NCBI RefSeq assembly: GCF_030684315.1
Contig: NC_081363.1
Coordinates: forward strand, 82,979,678-83,043,677
Reading direction: 5' to 3'
Origin: Stegostoma tigrinum
Taxonomy: Eukaryota
DNA length: 64,000 bases
Numbering within the stretch: position 1 is the first letter of the stretch; each line of letters starts with the position of its first letter. Position numbers and translations under genes: made by a program. Positions 39,251 through 53,932 of the stretch are shown piece by piece. The notes beneath the pieces are model-generated. The model did no database searches. It was not told where the DNA came from and saw nothing but the letters and a program-made list of their open reading frames with translations.

Positions 39251-39640
39251 AGAATGGAAGAGACAGGGAAGAGGACATGATGCAGATGATTAAGGAAGCT
39301 AAGCTACATCATTAGACATCAGAAGAATAAGGGTTGACTTCATTAAATCTCTCAAATTGCAAAGGATTTTGAGCCAGTAAGTGTTGAGAAATGTGTTTCC
39401 TGTCTGGTTAATGTAGAAGACCGAGTTAAGGACTGACCATATAGGACTGAGAAGAAGCGCAATTACCGTAGTCGGTTCCATGCTGAATCTTTGAAATTCT
39501 GTACACTGAAAAGCTGCAGGTTTTCAGTCATTGAGTATATTCAAGAGTGAACGAGATGGATAAATGTGATGGTCTTTAAGGGATATTGGGTTAATGAGGA
39601 CAAGGGAGTTGAGGTAGAACGTCATCCATGATCTGGTTCA

Positions 39641-39964
<324 letters not shown>

Positions 39965-40902
39965 TCATGAACTTCTGACTGAAATTTAACAGGACGCCGC
40001 TTCCAAACAAAATTGCGGACGAACTTAGTCTCGTCGAATAGGTCAAAGGAAGGTTCAATGCACGTTTCATGAAACACGCCCATTAGTTGCAAAAGCATTA
40101 TGATTATTTGAGCACCGTCTTAAGACTCCCGAAAGAGTCATGCGGCCGTTTCAATTCATTTGATTTGTTCCCCATGTCAATTCGCGCAGAGCAAAATGTT
40201 TGAGAGAGACAAACAGGTATGTAAATGGAAATTGTTGGAAAAGCTCAGCAGGTCTGACAGCATCTGTGGACAGAAATCAGAGTTAACGCTTCGGGTTCCT
40301 CAGATCGGTACCCAGGTGATCGGTATCTATTACGGCTCAACATTCCTCGGTGCGTCTACTCTAGATTATATGATTAATAGTCTCCGGTAGAGATTGGCTC
40401 CACTTGATTCTGTCATAGCAGTCACAATACTATCACTGAGTTATGGTTAACAATAAATGAAAAGTATCAGAAATTTCACCTTGCATTCAACAAATGATTT
40501 TCAGTCCTGAGGAGTGAACTTAATTCGAAAATATAACACTCTTTCTAAACTTCATCCTAAAAGTACGGCAGGCAATTGGAACTTGCAACTCATGTTTATT
40601 TCATCATTTAAACATCTGAGTTATTTTAAGAAAAGATACGTTAGTGTGCGCAAGGCATTGGTGTGTGAACACAGTACAATTCACATTGATAGAATGAACT
40701 ACTTTTAAACTATACCTGACATCTGAAAACTGTACTCATCTTCCTAAGATGTCAAATGAAATGCAACGTGTTCCTGTGCCTCCGCACTGTAATCTCTGAC
40801 TCCAGCATCGGCAGTTCTTACTATCTCTAAGAGCGGCTTTCTGTTCTAATTTAGTCAAACGCGGTTGTCTTTTACTCTATCCGACTAACGCAGTTGACTC
40901 AC

Positions 40903-41073
40903 AGCCTCCCAGACATAAGAGGAGACGCCCATCTCAGCATCCATGTATCGAACGATCTTTAAATTAAATCCGCAAAATTCGAAGTTGCTCTTGCGAATTG
41001 CAGGAGTCGAGATGCGATTCTCGCTCTCGCGAGCCTCGGAGCTACCTTGCTCCCGCTGCTGGGTCGTCGTCAT
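40903..41073 (-). CDS. EEF1AKMT3: EEF1AKMT3/METTL21B-like paralog B, coding exon 1 (171 bp)
   Basis: ATG at 41073 (AACATGA); MTTTQQ...FEFCGFNLKIVRYMDAEMGVSSYVWEA, then a phase-0 GTGAG donor. Matches the METTL21-family GVxxxVWD/EA motif. Confidence 0.9.
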
Positions 41074-41163
41074 GTTTTCTATTCGAACTCCTGAACCCGA
41101 GCGCAAAGGTTTCCAATCAAGTTGACGAGGGGTACAGATTTGCGGCAATGGTTGGAATTGCAA

Positions 41164-41257
41164 TTATATATCGAGTTTGTGTCGTCATGGCGTCTCGGAT
41201 CGCGTCACAGCCAATTATGTGTCATCAGTCCTTAAAGATTTGTGCATAGCAGCCAAT
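41164..41257 (-). promoter_or_regulatory. Putative core promoter of paralog B
   Basis: TATATAA at 41170-41164, about 90 nt upstream of the ATG; AGCCAAT boxes (CCAAT at 41211-41215 and 41253-41257); CGTCA half-sites; locally CpG-rich. Confidence 0.5.
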
Positions 41258-44200
41258 TTTGCAACAAGGATTTGAATAATAAGTATGGGTCGTCGTTCTT
41301 TCTTGATTTTACGTTCAATTAGCAATACAACTAGGCGCCAGTGTCTCCACTGGCGAATTGTCCCATACCCCAGACACCTCAGAGTTAGAATACTTGGTGT
41401 CTCGTTCCAATTCTTGGGGCACAATTTCTATTCTTAACGCAGTACCGAGCGAATGCTGTTCGGCTCACAGCGCACTAACACGAAAGGGAAAGGGCCTCTC
41501 GTTGCCAGTGAACGTTCACGATTATGTGGCACCATTTTGAAGCAATGCTTGGGAGCTGGCAAGTGCCTTGATCAATCACTAGCTCTCAATTACCACCGAA
41601 AACAGAAGCCCTTCTTGCTAGCTTGCTCTGAGCAAATTCGTCAGTCGTCTCCTGCATGCAAACAAATATTGTTCTTCAAAATACTTCAGAAACGTTCAGT
41701 AGTGAATCTATGAGGTTCACCTACATTTCGAGCAGAGACATTCCTGGCCATTGCGGAACCTAAAAGCAATTTTCGAACTATTTCTTCCGCAAATAGAATT
41801 ATCTACTCTTAAGTTCCTGTGTAGAATCATATTGATCTGGAAACGTCAACTCCCTTTCTGTCTCTACAGATATTGCAGAATTAGAGTATCACCAACCAGC
41901 ACTTTCTGTTATTGCTGCGGATCTCCAGCATCAATGATACTCTAAATCTTTTTTTTGCGCTTTTGGTGCAGAAGTTGGTAAAACGTCGTTTCTGTTGTCT
42001 ATTCCCTTTTATTGATCATGAAAACTCCAATAGCATTTCCAAACGCAGGGCAGGGATACCTCTTTTGCTGGTGAGAAAGCCTCCAAATGTGAAAACGGGA
42101 CACAGTTTCAGGGGTTGTCGGAACCTGAAGACTTCGTTATTTACGTGTGAAATTCCCGAGGAAAAAAAAATTCCGTTCGATTTTTGAATCATACACAAAT
42201 CTCCAACTTTTCACATGCTGGCCCTTTACCATTTTGAAACTGAATGACAGCACCAAGTCAATAAGCCAAACATCCTCCTGGGTTACTACTATATGATCGT
42301 TCATTTTCATTGGGACAAAAACTCCGAATTACCTAACAGCACCCCGGCTGTCTTCAACCGAAATTGGCGGCTCTGATCACGATTGGAGCTTGATATATCC
42401 TTCTCATTCAATATTACAAATCTTCAACTAATACAGGTCTCATCAGACAGCCTTGTCTTCAGTGAAATATTCACTTTACCATTCTGCGGTCATGTCTGAT
42501 TTTACAATAATTGAATAACTAATACAGCAGAGATTTGGGGCGGCGTAAGGCAGAAGTTCGGTTATGTTAATCTCAGTGAACGAAGTTTACACCATAATAA
42601 AGATAAACATCCGTTTTTTCAGAAGGGGCCTGGAGGATAAACAGCAGCGCCGATGGATAATAGTGGCAAATCGACTTCAGAACATTAGATGTTGAAGCAC
42701 TGGGATATATAAAACGCCAGGAGAGAGACCAAAGGGCACAACGTGGCAACTATTAGATTTTCATGTTGATAGAAAATTTTCCACACTCGCATGAAAGGGT
42801 ATGGAATACACTGAAGCATTGTGCTTTCCAGCACGAAATTCCTTTAATTAATGTCAGTGTTGAGCTACATTTCTTACAGTGACTACAGAACAGAACATAA
42901 AAGTACGCGCCCTTGAATAAACTATTACATTTCATGACATTGTTTCCCGACCTTTTTAGGTCTAGATTATCTTAATTGCTTGTCTTCACGTTACTAATGC
43001 ATTGATGAAAAAACAAATTAGTGCTGTTTTAGGCCCAAAGAGGAATTTTTGTTTTTAAGATTTGGTCAGATCAGTCAGCAACTGTACTCCCAAGAGAAGG
43101 TAGCGTGTGGCGATGATATCAATTGAATCTCCGCCCCAACAACCCCTCAGCCCTATCTCGAGTACATTCTGTGCTCTAGCCACCCTCAATGTTTCTCGAA
43201 AACGGTGTTCAACTCAGCTGAGATGTCAGTTGAGTACCTGGTTTTACCGTAGGGCAGGGAGAGTTAGGGGTGCTCAGGTGATAGATTGTAGACAGCAGTT
43301 GACTCCCTTATCCATGTTTAACTTGTTGTCATGGTACTTTCATGGACTCTGAATCATTGCTGAGAACTCCCAAGACAACCTTATGCCAGGATGTACCCAG
43401 ATTTGTAATAGTGGTGCCGGGCTCATTAGTTGTAAACTGTAATTCTGCGAATATTTCTATGTCAGTTGTTGTTTTAATAGCCTACGGAACGTTCCTTCAT
43501 ATTTTGGCATAAAACCCTGGGTTTTACTAAGATGGAGTTTGCTGGTCGTTTGATCTAAGTGTGTAATTGTTTCTCCCACTGTTTAAGTTAAAGCCGGGTG
43601 GTCCATCCACCTTGGCTATGTTTTTGTGGTTCCCCACTACTTGAATGACTTTCTACAGTCTTTCGGAGGACAATTACGACTCAGCTACATTTATGTGGCC
43701 CTGAATGCACATGCTGGCCAGATCATGTAAAAACAGCAGGTTTCCTTCTCCGAAGGAGGTTATTGAGACTCATTCGTCTACCTCCTCCTCCAAGCGCACT
43801 CATTTCCTCCGCGCCGCTCAGTTATTGGCAAGTTGTGCAAGTTACAGTGTACAATTCAAGAAACATCAAAACGTCGTTTTGCTGGATTATATCATTTTTC
43901 AAAACACTAACTCTCGATTTCGGGTGCTCAATACCAGCTTGATTGCTGTCCTAAATAAAAACCGAAAGAACTGAGGACGCTGTAAATCAGAAACAAAAGC
44001 AGAAATTACTGGAAACGCTCAGGCAGCATCTGTGAAGAGAAATCAGAGTTACCGTTTCGGGCCCGGTGACCCTTCCTCGCATTTCTCTCCTATTGGAGAC
44101 GTAGTAGTTACTGACATTCCAGCGCCTCCGTTACTAACTTATTTCCTGAATGCCAAAACTTCTGGATAGCCAATGTCGCCCAACAATTACAAATTAAGGT

Positions 44201-45847
44201 TTTCTTATGGCCTGAACATTTGAGGCACTTGCGGCTGTGTCAGTCTCATCATTGCAATTACGAGAGAACGCAACATATTTGGATGAAACTCCACCGTATT
44301 TTGACGCTCTTCCCATTGACGAGTACCACAGGCTACTCTGACATGGCCACATCGGTATAATCCATCACCCACAGCACCTGCTAAAATCCTTCCAAGGTAA
44401 AAATGTACGTGACCCCCTTTGGTTGACAGAAGGTTTTTGCGGCAAAAGTGATATTTAGTTATTTCATTTTGGTAAGAAACTGATTATTTATTGATGTACT
44501 GTAGCTGCTAATGATTCTTTTGACTCCTGCCCTTCAGCGACAACCTATGTGGAACTCTCTTGTATGTAATTGTGTCCGTTCCTGCTCTGCTGCTTCTTGG
44601 TCCGTTGTGTCATTTTATACAGTGGCCTGTGCAACCCAGTTGGGCTGGCAGTTAACATCGTACAGTATCCCCTGACATGCGCACTTAAGTAGTGTTGCAG
44701 AACGGCAATTCCTCAGTACCGGTTATTTGTCTAATGCAAGGAATTATCTTAGCTCTCTTCAACTCTTGTGCTGCTCACTGCATGTCAACGCTATTGTCCT
44801 CTTAGCAAATATGAAAATAGCAAACTAATGTGCGCAAATATCAGGAGATTTTTACCATCATGAGATTTCTAAGTACATTTCCAGAGCTGTTCTTTAAAAA
44901 GGAGTTTAAGCAGACATGAAGCAGCATAATCATAAAAACTAATAATTATCGCTAAGATACAAAGTACAGTGACAGCTGTAACAACAGAAAAATCGAGGGA
45001 AAGAGTCCATCATACCATAAACAAAAACCCTTCCTGAGAACTCCAGTCACCGGATCCGAAACGTTAACTTTGATTTCTCATCACAGATGCTGCCACACCT
45101 GCTGAGCTTTTCTACCAACTCCTGTTTTTCTTTCTGATTTACAGCATCCGCCGTTCTTTCGACTTTTAAGAAAATCGAAAGATTTGGAGGCAATGAAGGA
45201 AAGTGTATCTGAGGTGCGAAACCAGACAGTCGCATTCAATGCTGGAGTATTCCCGTGGCATTGTAAGGGCTATGTTTGTTCCTGTTTCTCAACTCTTTTA
45301 ACTTGAGGCTATGGGCATTTTAGAATCGCCAACAGAGGAAGCAGTGCCTTGACATCTTTCATGTAAAGAGCTACTCTCTGAATGTTGTGATTAGGTCTCC
45401 TATTATTCCAGAGAGGAACTTACCATTTTAGGAAATACTCCAGTGAAACATTGTTGAACCTCAGTTAAGGAAAATATAACGTGCTTTTAAGTAAGGGAGT
45501 CAATAATCAATATTGTACTCCAAATGGGATTTCACCCATTCCAAATCCATTCACCTGAAGGTTACCATAGAATGTACACTTGTAATTGATTTTATGTTAA
45601 CTTTTCTGTAATTCATGGAAAAGGCCCCGCAAATTCCATTGAGTAGTACTGCTACTTTTTTGCTTAATTTTTCTTGACCATGCTGCTTTCTCATTGATCC
45701 CACCAAATGGATAATTGCAAAATTTCCTATATTATGCTCAATCTGTATCTTCATACCCAATCACTTAACCATTTTCAGTTCTTCGTGGCCACCTCACAAC
45801 TTTATTTCACCAAGCTTTGTACATTATAAGCATGGAAATTGGACGTA

Positions 45848-46682
45848 CAGATAGTAACAACTGCTGATGCTGGAGTCTGAAATAACACAGTGTGGAGTTG
45901 GAGGAACACTGCAGGCCAGGCAGCATCAGAGGAGTGGGAAAGCTGACGTTTCGAGTCGGGACCCTTCTTCAGAAATGGGGGAGGGGAATGGCGCTCTGAA
46001 ATAAATGGTGGGGGGCGATGTTATCAGGTCGATAGTAGAGCGGATGGGTGGGAGAGAACGACACATCAAGGAGGTGAGGATGAAGTTAGGAAAGGTGATT
46101 GTAGGTAGATAGTGGCGGCGATTGGTCAGTGAGGTGGGAGGACCGGATAGGTGGGAGAGTAAATGGACAGGTCAACGAGGCGGCGATGGGGGTGTGGTGT
46201 GTCTGGTCTTGGGATAAGGTTGGGGGCGGGCAGATTTTGAAGCTAGTAAAGTCCACATTGAGACCATTGGGTTGTAGAGTTCGAAGGCAGAACATGAGAT
46301 CTGTCCCTCTCCGAGGCGGAATATGAGCTGCTGTTCCTCTCCAAAGCGGACTATGAGGTACTGTTTGTCATATTCCACATTGAAAGCCTACAACCCAATG
46401 GTCTCACAGTGGACTTCACTAGCTTCAAAGTCTCCCCACCTTCGACCTCATCCCAAGATCAGAACCCCCCAAACCCCGCCTCATTGACCTGTCCGTCTTT
46501 TCTCGCACCCAGCCGCTCCTCCTACCTCACTGACTAATCCCCACCACTCCCTGTCTACACTCACCTTTACTAGGTTCATCCCCGCCTCCTTGACCTGCCT
46601 GTCTTCTCTCCCATCTATCCGCTTCACTATCTATCTGCTATCACCGTCTCCCATCTCTATTTATTTCAGAGCCTCCTTCCCC
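45848..46682. mobile_element. Older Penelope-like element, inverted two-arm insertion inside a CR1 remnant
   Basis: Minus arm with LQPNGLNVDFTSFKI, 3' UTR and tail to ~46365; plus arm from ~46368 repeats the same segment. Confidence 0.8.
45945..45972 (-). ncRNA. Minimal hammerhead ribozyme motif
   Basis: Reverse complement CTGAAGAAGGGTCCCGACTCGAAACGTC; stem II sequence differs from the younger family but still pairs. Confidence 0.62.
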
Positions 46683-49387
46683 TAAGTCCTTCGTGCAGAG
46701 ACATGGTCTCTAATGCATTTCTTCAATTTCATAGCTCTGATATTTCGATATTGCCGTTGTTTCATTCTCCAACCTTGTTTGTAAATGATTTTTATTCAAT
46801 CATAACACTTATTTTCATTGCTCTGAAAGAATTTGAAGTAGACATAACCTTGTGTATTTAAGAATGTCCTAGTTTAAGCAAGCTCTCCCAATAATCAAAC
46901 TCCTGGAACCCGCTAACATTCTGCCGAATCGGTAGTGCATTCCTTCCAAGGATCTTTCCAATAAATACTTTAAAGCATTTTACTCTAAAATATGCAGAAT
47001 ACTCTAAATATGGCCTAGTCAGGTTTCTGTATCCTTGCAATAAGCGTCGTCCCTCTTGCCCCGCCCAACATTTGGCTACAAAGTCCGTCGTCGATCAGCT
47101 TTAATTTCTGACCATTTTGCACGCTACCACAGTGTTTTAGGCATGTGTGCACGTGAATCCTCAAATCTCTTTGGAGCTCAGCTCTTTCGTTGATGTAAAA
47201 ATCCGTGTATCTATGTGTTACTGCAAAATAGATTAACTTATATTCACTTGAATTGAATTCAGCTACTCCGCACTTCAATGTTGACAGCCCCTCCTAATAT
47301 CATCTTTGCTGTAATTCATTGGTGAGGGGTCTTCATGTCAAGCGGATAGAAAGTTGACGCCAGAAAACAAGGTCGTAGAAGCTTGGATGGAAGTCACAAA
47401 AGAAGTCTGCTCCCTTGAGGTCAATGAAGGTAGCTGAAAGCAGTGTAATAAAAGGCTGAATGGTCTCTTGCGATCGGAAAGCGTGAGTATGGAATAATTC
47501 TAGCGATGGAATTCCATTCAGGGTGTATGGGTGTGAAAAGTACATATAATGGTGAGACAACGCCCAGACTTAAAACAAATACACCACGTTTAACGGTGCT
47601 GGGTAATTTTAGAGATAGACAGAGACTGGGCTCCGAGAACAGCAAAATTTGTCAATTTCGAAATACCATAAGAAAATGGTTGCAGCAAGAATGGATATGT
47701 TGGCTACCAGAGTGAACGCATAACACTTCCTCTAAAAAAACAGGGTCATAAAGCCGATAAGAGAGCAAGGCCTGGAGGAGCAGCTCAAACCCTGGTCATT
47801 CAACTTCACCACACTGAATGAGGAAGCTCTACAGCGAAGGAACAACTAACGCTATATGGCCATTGGTCACCGAGACGCTGCGTGATACCTTCGAGGTGAT
47901 GAAAATGTGGAGCCACAGACGTCTCCGGGAAAGATTGCACTGCGTAGGTGGATCGAAATTGGGAAACGGAGAGTGGATAGGAGCGTTGATGGATTGATTT
48001 TTTTTATTTTAGCATTCGGAGAGGGATGAATGTCTCAAGTTTGAAGAGATTGGTGTTTAAGTTCCAGGCAGCATTGGTTTGTGCGTATAGGTGTATAGGT
48101 TCATGTATGCGTTTTTGAGGGCTGAGTGGTGTAGCAATGGTGCATCTCTAAATGAATTTCTCTTAGTACGGAGACATTTAGAGCCACATTATTTAAGATT
48201 AGAGGAAGAGCATTCTTTGTAAACGTTCAGTAGTTATATGGGCACTTACGTAAACAGGTCTAATTTGCAGGACAAAATAAACTAGGTTCTGAGATTACAG
48301 CGGACAATTTAAGCAAAGAATGACCACAGACGAGATGGTGCGAATGACCTCTTTCTGCGTTGCAGAATTTTCTGATGTATTGATTTTTTCACGTCGGCGA
48401 GTAAAAATGGATGCTTTTTTATGGCGCATAAATACTTCTGAGTTTTGTACCTTTCCAGTGCTTTTCCGGTGCATCATCAGGTCGCAGGAGAGCGCGAGAA
48501 TGAGACAGAAAGTCGCAGTCACTCTCAGATCCACGGGCGAATAAATTGCAACGTTACAATTTTAATTCTTCGAGGCTTATTATCCATTTTCGCGCGTTGA
48601 AAGTAACATGCAGTTATCAGAAGATAATTGAGTCCGTTGTACACGATATATTTGTTTTATTCTATCTGTGCATTCATTTGTCACTCAGAAATAGAATAAT
48701 TGTTTCACGGCCACAATAACACATTATTGACCAGGCTCAGCTTAACCTTAATTCCGAAATTCAATACAACATTTCAACCGTTCGGCGTCAGATGCAGATG
48801 TTCTATGCATTCACACTTTGTAGTAGAATGTACGACAGAGACGTGAATTGTTTCGAACCACATACTTGTCAAAACTCTTACATTCTATGTCTAGGCAATT
48901 TGCAGTTTAGGGGCTATTTGTAGGAGCTGACCGATATGAATGAACATTGACCAATGGTGTCCCTGGCTCTTTTGCTATCTGTTCTGCGTTAGTCGACAAC
49001 TTTGCGGCCAAAGTTTTCAGTTGGCTGACGTAATTGTTGCAATGAGCATCTACGGTGGCTTCAACTGATCTCTGTGCGGCGAGTATACAATCACACTATT
49101 GCACGCGAACGGTATTTGACGGCAAATTTCGCCAATTAAATATGAATACTAAGTGCACAAACAGTCCAATTACTTCTGCACCAAGTCGACGGTTCCCAGC
49201 AGTGCGAATATATCCATTAAATTCAACTGTCGGGCAATGTCAGCGTTCAATGGTTTTCACAGGGAGAAACAGCAGGTTATGTGTCAACTCGTCTCCAGGA
49301 TTTAAACCGATATCTCTTATCATGACATATATTTACCTGTTTATGTTGTGTTCCTAAATATTGTTTGAAAACTATTTCAAATAGAAG

Positions 49388-49694
49388 TCATACGTCACAG
49401 TGTGGAAAATGGTTCATCGAATCCACACCGACTCTTTGAAGAGCATCCGACCCTAACCCAATAACCCTGCATTTCCCATGGCTAACCCACCTGGCCTGCA
49501 CATCCCTGGACACTGTGGGCAATTACGCATGACCAATTCACCTAATCTGCACACGTTTGGGTTGTGGAAGGAAAGCGGAGCACCCAGAGAAAATCCACGC
49601 AGACACGGGGAGGATGAGCAAACTCCGCACAGATAGTCGTTCGAGGCTCGAAACGAACCCGGGCCTCTGGCGCTGTGCGGCAGCTGTGCTAACT
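49388..49694 (-). mobile_element. HE1-type SINE just downstream of the paralog C stop codon
   Basis: Reverse complement of the same SINE (ggagcacccagagaaatccacgcagacacgggg). Confidence 0.85.
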
Positions 49695-49922
49695 AGGAAG
49701 AACGAGCAACAAGCAACTTAATTGTTGGTTCACTACATTAATTTAGTTATTTAGATACACCATCATGACAAACGGAGCTTCTTAGGGAAGATTATGAACC
49801 ACGTGATAGAATGAGGCGATCCTAAAACAAAGCCTTGAAGATTCTGGATTTTGAATTTATAGAACGAATAGAGAAAATGATCCCCTTATCATGAATTCCA
49901 ACGTCAGCTAAAGTTTCCACAT

Positions 49923-50335
49923 TTATGTTAGGAACCAGTCCTCAGGACCTCTACCAATTTTGGTCATTTTGTACACAGTAATATCCTTGTCTGCTAACCT
50001 GTCAACAACTATGCATTTAAAATACACGGGTAGAAGTACGTCATGAAAAGATAGGGAGCCATTTCCTTTCCGGAATGCGGAAGCCAGAAAAATGGTAGTA
50101 TCTGGATGAGCGAGATAATGTAATGTTCTGATTAGTGAAGAGTAAGAAGCTGAACTATAAACAAGATCCGAACCCAGAATGAAGTCATACTCGTTGGTAA
50201 ATCTAATGTGGTCTTCACCCCAGATCAGGGGGCGGATATTTATGCGGTGTCTGCAGGCAGCAGGGATGTTGGTAGCGATGTTGTGTTCTATCTGCTGCAG
50301 TGCGTTCGGCTGATCTGTCAAGGTAACATTTCCAC
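49923..50335 (-). CDS. EEF1AKMT3: Paralog C, coding exon 3 (413 bp, ends TAA); spliced CDS 696 nt = 231 aa
   Basis: cttcttgtcag acceptor; GNVTLTDQP, LIWGED, YDFILGSDLVY, TIFLAS. In frame with exons 1-2. Confidence 0.93.
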
Positions 50336-50812
50336 CTGACAAGAAGAAGAGAGAAATTATTCACCCACGTTGACGGTTGACCCTGATAGCACGCTGGTAA
50401 GCTATTTGACCACGGCACTAAGCGAGCTCCAGCTGAAATCCGGGATTCGCTCACATTGAGCGTTAGGATAACTATGTGTCGAAAAGGCACTAACACAAAT
50501 GGTCTGACATTGATCAAAATGACCTGGAACGTTAAATGCGAACTTATAAACAAGGAAGTCTGTTCTGTTTTAAAGCTCGCGGGGAAGAAAGTTCATCTCA
50601 TTTTCCTCCAACCACCTTTCACAAAAAAGAATGAACACCGGGAAGTTGCTTTTCAACTTGAGTAGATGGCAACGCCACTGAGTCAAAAGAAGTCCCTCTC
50701 TGCTACTAGATATTACGAAATGGTGATTATCGTCGGGATTTGAACAATCATAGTTGCGCGGAAAGGGATAAGAAATCGTTCATTCCACGAAAAAAATGTA
50801 GAATTTCAAACT

Positions 50813-51023
50813 GTGATCAGAGATAATGGGAACTGCAGATGCTGGAGAATCCAAGATAACAAAATGTGTAGCTGGATGAACACAGCAGGCCGAGCAGCAT
50901 CTCAGGAGCACAAAAGCTGACGTTTCGGGCCTACATGAAGGGTCTAGGCCCGAAACGTCAGCTTTTGTGCTCCTGAGACGCTGCTTGGCCTGCTGTGTTC
51001 ATCCATCTACACACTTTGTTATC
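50813..51023. mobile_element. Miniature fold-back PLE (tail plus inverted tail) in intron 2 of paralog C
   Basis: Near-perfect ~90 bp inverted arms of the PLE 3' end; TSD tagaatttcaaact at 50799-50812 and 51024-51037. Confidence 0.88.
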
Positions 51024-51720
51024 TAGAATTTCAAACTTGCGCGTTAGTAGGGAATAGTATTAAATAAAATCACTAGTCACCCATCGATTAACCTCACCAC
51101 AAAGAACAATAGTTGCCTTATAATTCGTAGACTGAAATGACGCAGGAGCCCGGTTGATTTGAAGGACCGACTTTTTGGGCCAGTGGGGTTGCCACTTGCT
51201 CATGTGTAAAACCAGCTTTCCGGCGTTCAATCCTTTCGAGAATAGTTTTTGGAGCTGATCAAGACAGATTTTCTTGTCTCTGCTCTTTAAAATAAACCAG
51301 AATTACTTTTATTAATCGATCTAATGTTACGTTCCCTTGAAGAGTTCCTGATTTGAAGCAATTTCTGCGCATTTATGCCACTCTGGGTGCCTTGATGGTG
51401 CGTTATGTTTTCCAATTCCCTTGACAGAACTACACAGTTAATTCCATCTCACTGCTACTGCTTCGGAGTCCTTAAAAAATTGACTGTTTCAAACATATAT
51501 TCTGTAGTGCAAGTGCACACTGAAGTCACCATTCAATCTGTGATTACCAGCTTTTCAAGTGATATACTATGGAAAGGGAGTGAATTAAAATGCTCCTAAT
51601 ATCTCTTAAATGATTTTGTCAATTTTTCCTGAAGATGCGTCTTTTTGTTGACAACGGTTCTGCTGGAAGAAGCAGCTCATCCCAATCTACTCGATCAAGA
51701 CATGTGCATGATTTTAAAGA

Positions 51721-51860
51721 TGGTAGGAACTGCAGATGCTGGACAATCTGAGATAGCAAGGTCCTAACCCTTGATCTAGGCCCGAAACATCAGCTTTCCT
51801 GCTCCTCTGATGCTGCTTCGCCTGCTGTGTTCATCCAGCTCTACAACTTGTTATCTCTTA
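51721..51860. mobile_element. Miniature fold-back PLE remnant
   Basis: Minus tail (ggtaggaactgcagatgctgg) joined to plus segment tctaggcccgaaacatcagc...; flanking direct repeat tgattttaaaga at 51709-51720 and 51865-51876. Confidence 0.78.
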
Positions 51861-52972
51861 TGCTTGATTTTAAAGACGTTTTTGGATCTCGTAATGTTCA
51901 CGGCTGTAGGGAAAACTGTTACTCTTTATCTAACCTTTCTGAAGTTTGTCATCTCTGATAACCTCACCCTGCACTATCTAACGCCATGATATTTTGTTGC
52001 TAAAACGCAGGACACGGAAATAGACAAAATCCTCGAACTGTGTGAATAATGTGTGAATTAAAAACGTTTACCTTAGCTCCTTTCCTACTGTACCTAATGC
52101 CTCTATTCCCAAAACCAATCATCCCGTGTGGATCTTATTCCATTAGCTTCACAAATTGTTTGGCCTGAATCGCATATTATTTGAATATATAGTTACATGC
52201 CTGTGCGATCCGCGGACCTCTCCCCTGAAAATTCTAAATTTAGCTAATATCACCTGAGATTTCAATTGACTGGAGTAATTCATTTTCATAGAAAGGCCCC
52301 AAATGTTAAGACTTTGGTTTGAGTGTTCAGATATTCTGGGTACATTGAGTGGATGTTATCAAGAATGCAAGATCAGTAAAACATCAGTTTCTGACGGGAC
52401 ACGGATTTTTCCAATGATGATCATTATAAATCAGCATTCCCTGTGAATGGGCATCACGCAGTTACAACCATTAAAACCTTTGGCTATCATCTGCATTGAG
52501 AATGCATTGCTTTACTACCATTCTTAACTCCAATTTACAGGCTCAACGCGTTCGATGACCCGAAAAAACAACGTAGCTGCTGATATTTGGAATTTATTTT
52601 ATATTCTGCATCAGTGTTGTTCTTGTGGTGTCACTTATATGCGTGTGTTACAAAGTCAGGAACTGTCATCTATCAAATGGGGCAATTAGCCAGGGTCAAT
52701 GTTAAATACGTAGAAGCGAATGGGCAGGTTGTTTGACGTTAGTGTGATGAAAATGCCACTCTGAAACTTGCCATGGGTGAGGGGAGGAGCGGGGTAAGGA
52801 GGTTCACTGCCATTAAATGATCAGCTATAAAATTCTTCTTCATCAGCACCCTCCAACACACACACGCACACAAGCGCGCGCACGCCTCTCTAACATATCT
52901 CCCCTCGTTCACAGAACTTTCGTTTATTGCCTGCATTCAACAAAATCTTAAATCGTTACAAGCCATCTTTCA

Positions 52973-53131
<159 letters not shown>

Positions 53132-53552
53132 TTAACCTATTTCTCGCATTTGTGATTCACTATTTACCCCAAATCAGTACGGGTCGTGGATGAGAACGAT
53201 GCTCTTTGGAGCTAGAGGGACGCTGGTAATATTTGTCGTCAATAACAACAACAAAAACAGAAGTTGCTGGAAAAGCTCAGCAGGTCTGGCACAATAATTG
53301 TTGTCACCCGGCAACTTTCATTGACTACGGTCTAACGTGTTGACTTGATGTCTCGCTTGCTGCGGTACTGAGTCAGGAACGACATGCTTTCAATTAATTT
53401 GCGATTTCTTTTTAAATAATTAACTTATTTTTTTCCAATCAACCTATTCAGAGATGTTATTACACACCTCTGGAACAGGTGGCAGTTTCTCTACCACTTG
53501 TATACTTATATATATTATGTATACTTGACCCAAATCCGGTGAGCTGTACCCA

Positions 53553-53873
53553 GATGATCCCTACAATGTGGAAACAGGTCATTTGGCCCAACAGGTCCAT
53601 ACCGTTCTCTGAAGAGCATCCAGCCTGACCCATCCCCCTACCCTTTCCCTGCAACCCCCCATTTCCCTTGTCTAATCTAACCAAATTGCACACGGCTTGA
53701 CAGTATGGGAAATGTTGCATGGCCAATCCACCTAACCAGCACATCTTTGGACTATGGGAGGTAACATAGGAGATTGTGCCCACTCCGTGCAGACAGTTGC
53801 CCGCAAGTGGAATTGGACACGGGTCCCTGGTGCTGTGAGGTAGCACTGCTAACCAGTGAGCCACAGTGCTGCC
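53553..53873 (-). mobile_element. HE1-type SINE in intron 1 of paralog C
   Basis: Ends gctgtgaggtagcactgctaaccagtgagccacagtgctgcc (reverse-complement tRNA head). Confidence 0.85.
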
Positions 53874-53932
53874 CCAGTCATTGTACAACGTGACGCTTTT
53901 GTTTAGATAAAATCGGATTTGTCATCAGCATC

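Larger units (their letters stand above)
45230..47270 (-). mobile_element. CR1 fragments interrupted by the PLE at 45848-46682
   Basis: YRNLTRPYLEYSAYF (ORF 46858-47040) and other ORF2 3' remnants. Confidence 0.62.

Noticed and set aside
50813-51023. Hairpin as a MITE or pre-miRNA
   Set aside because: The arms are the PLE 3' end, are asymmetric, and are flanked by a 14-bp TSD like the long PLE copies.
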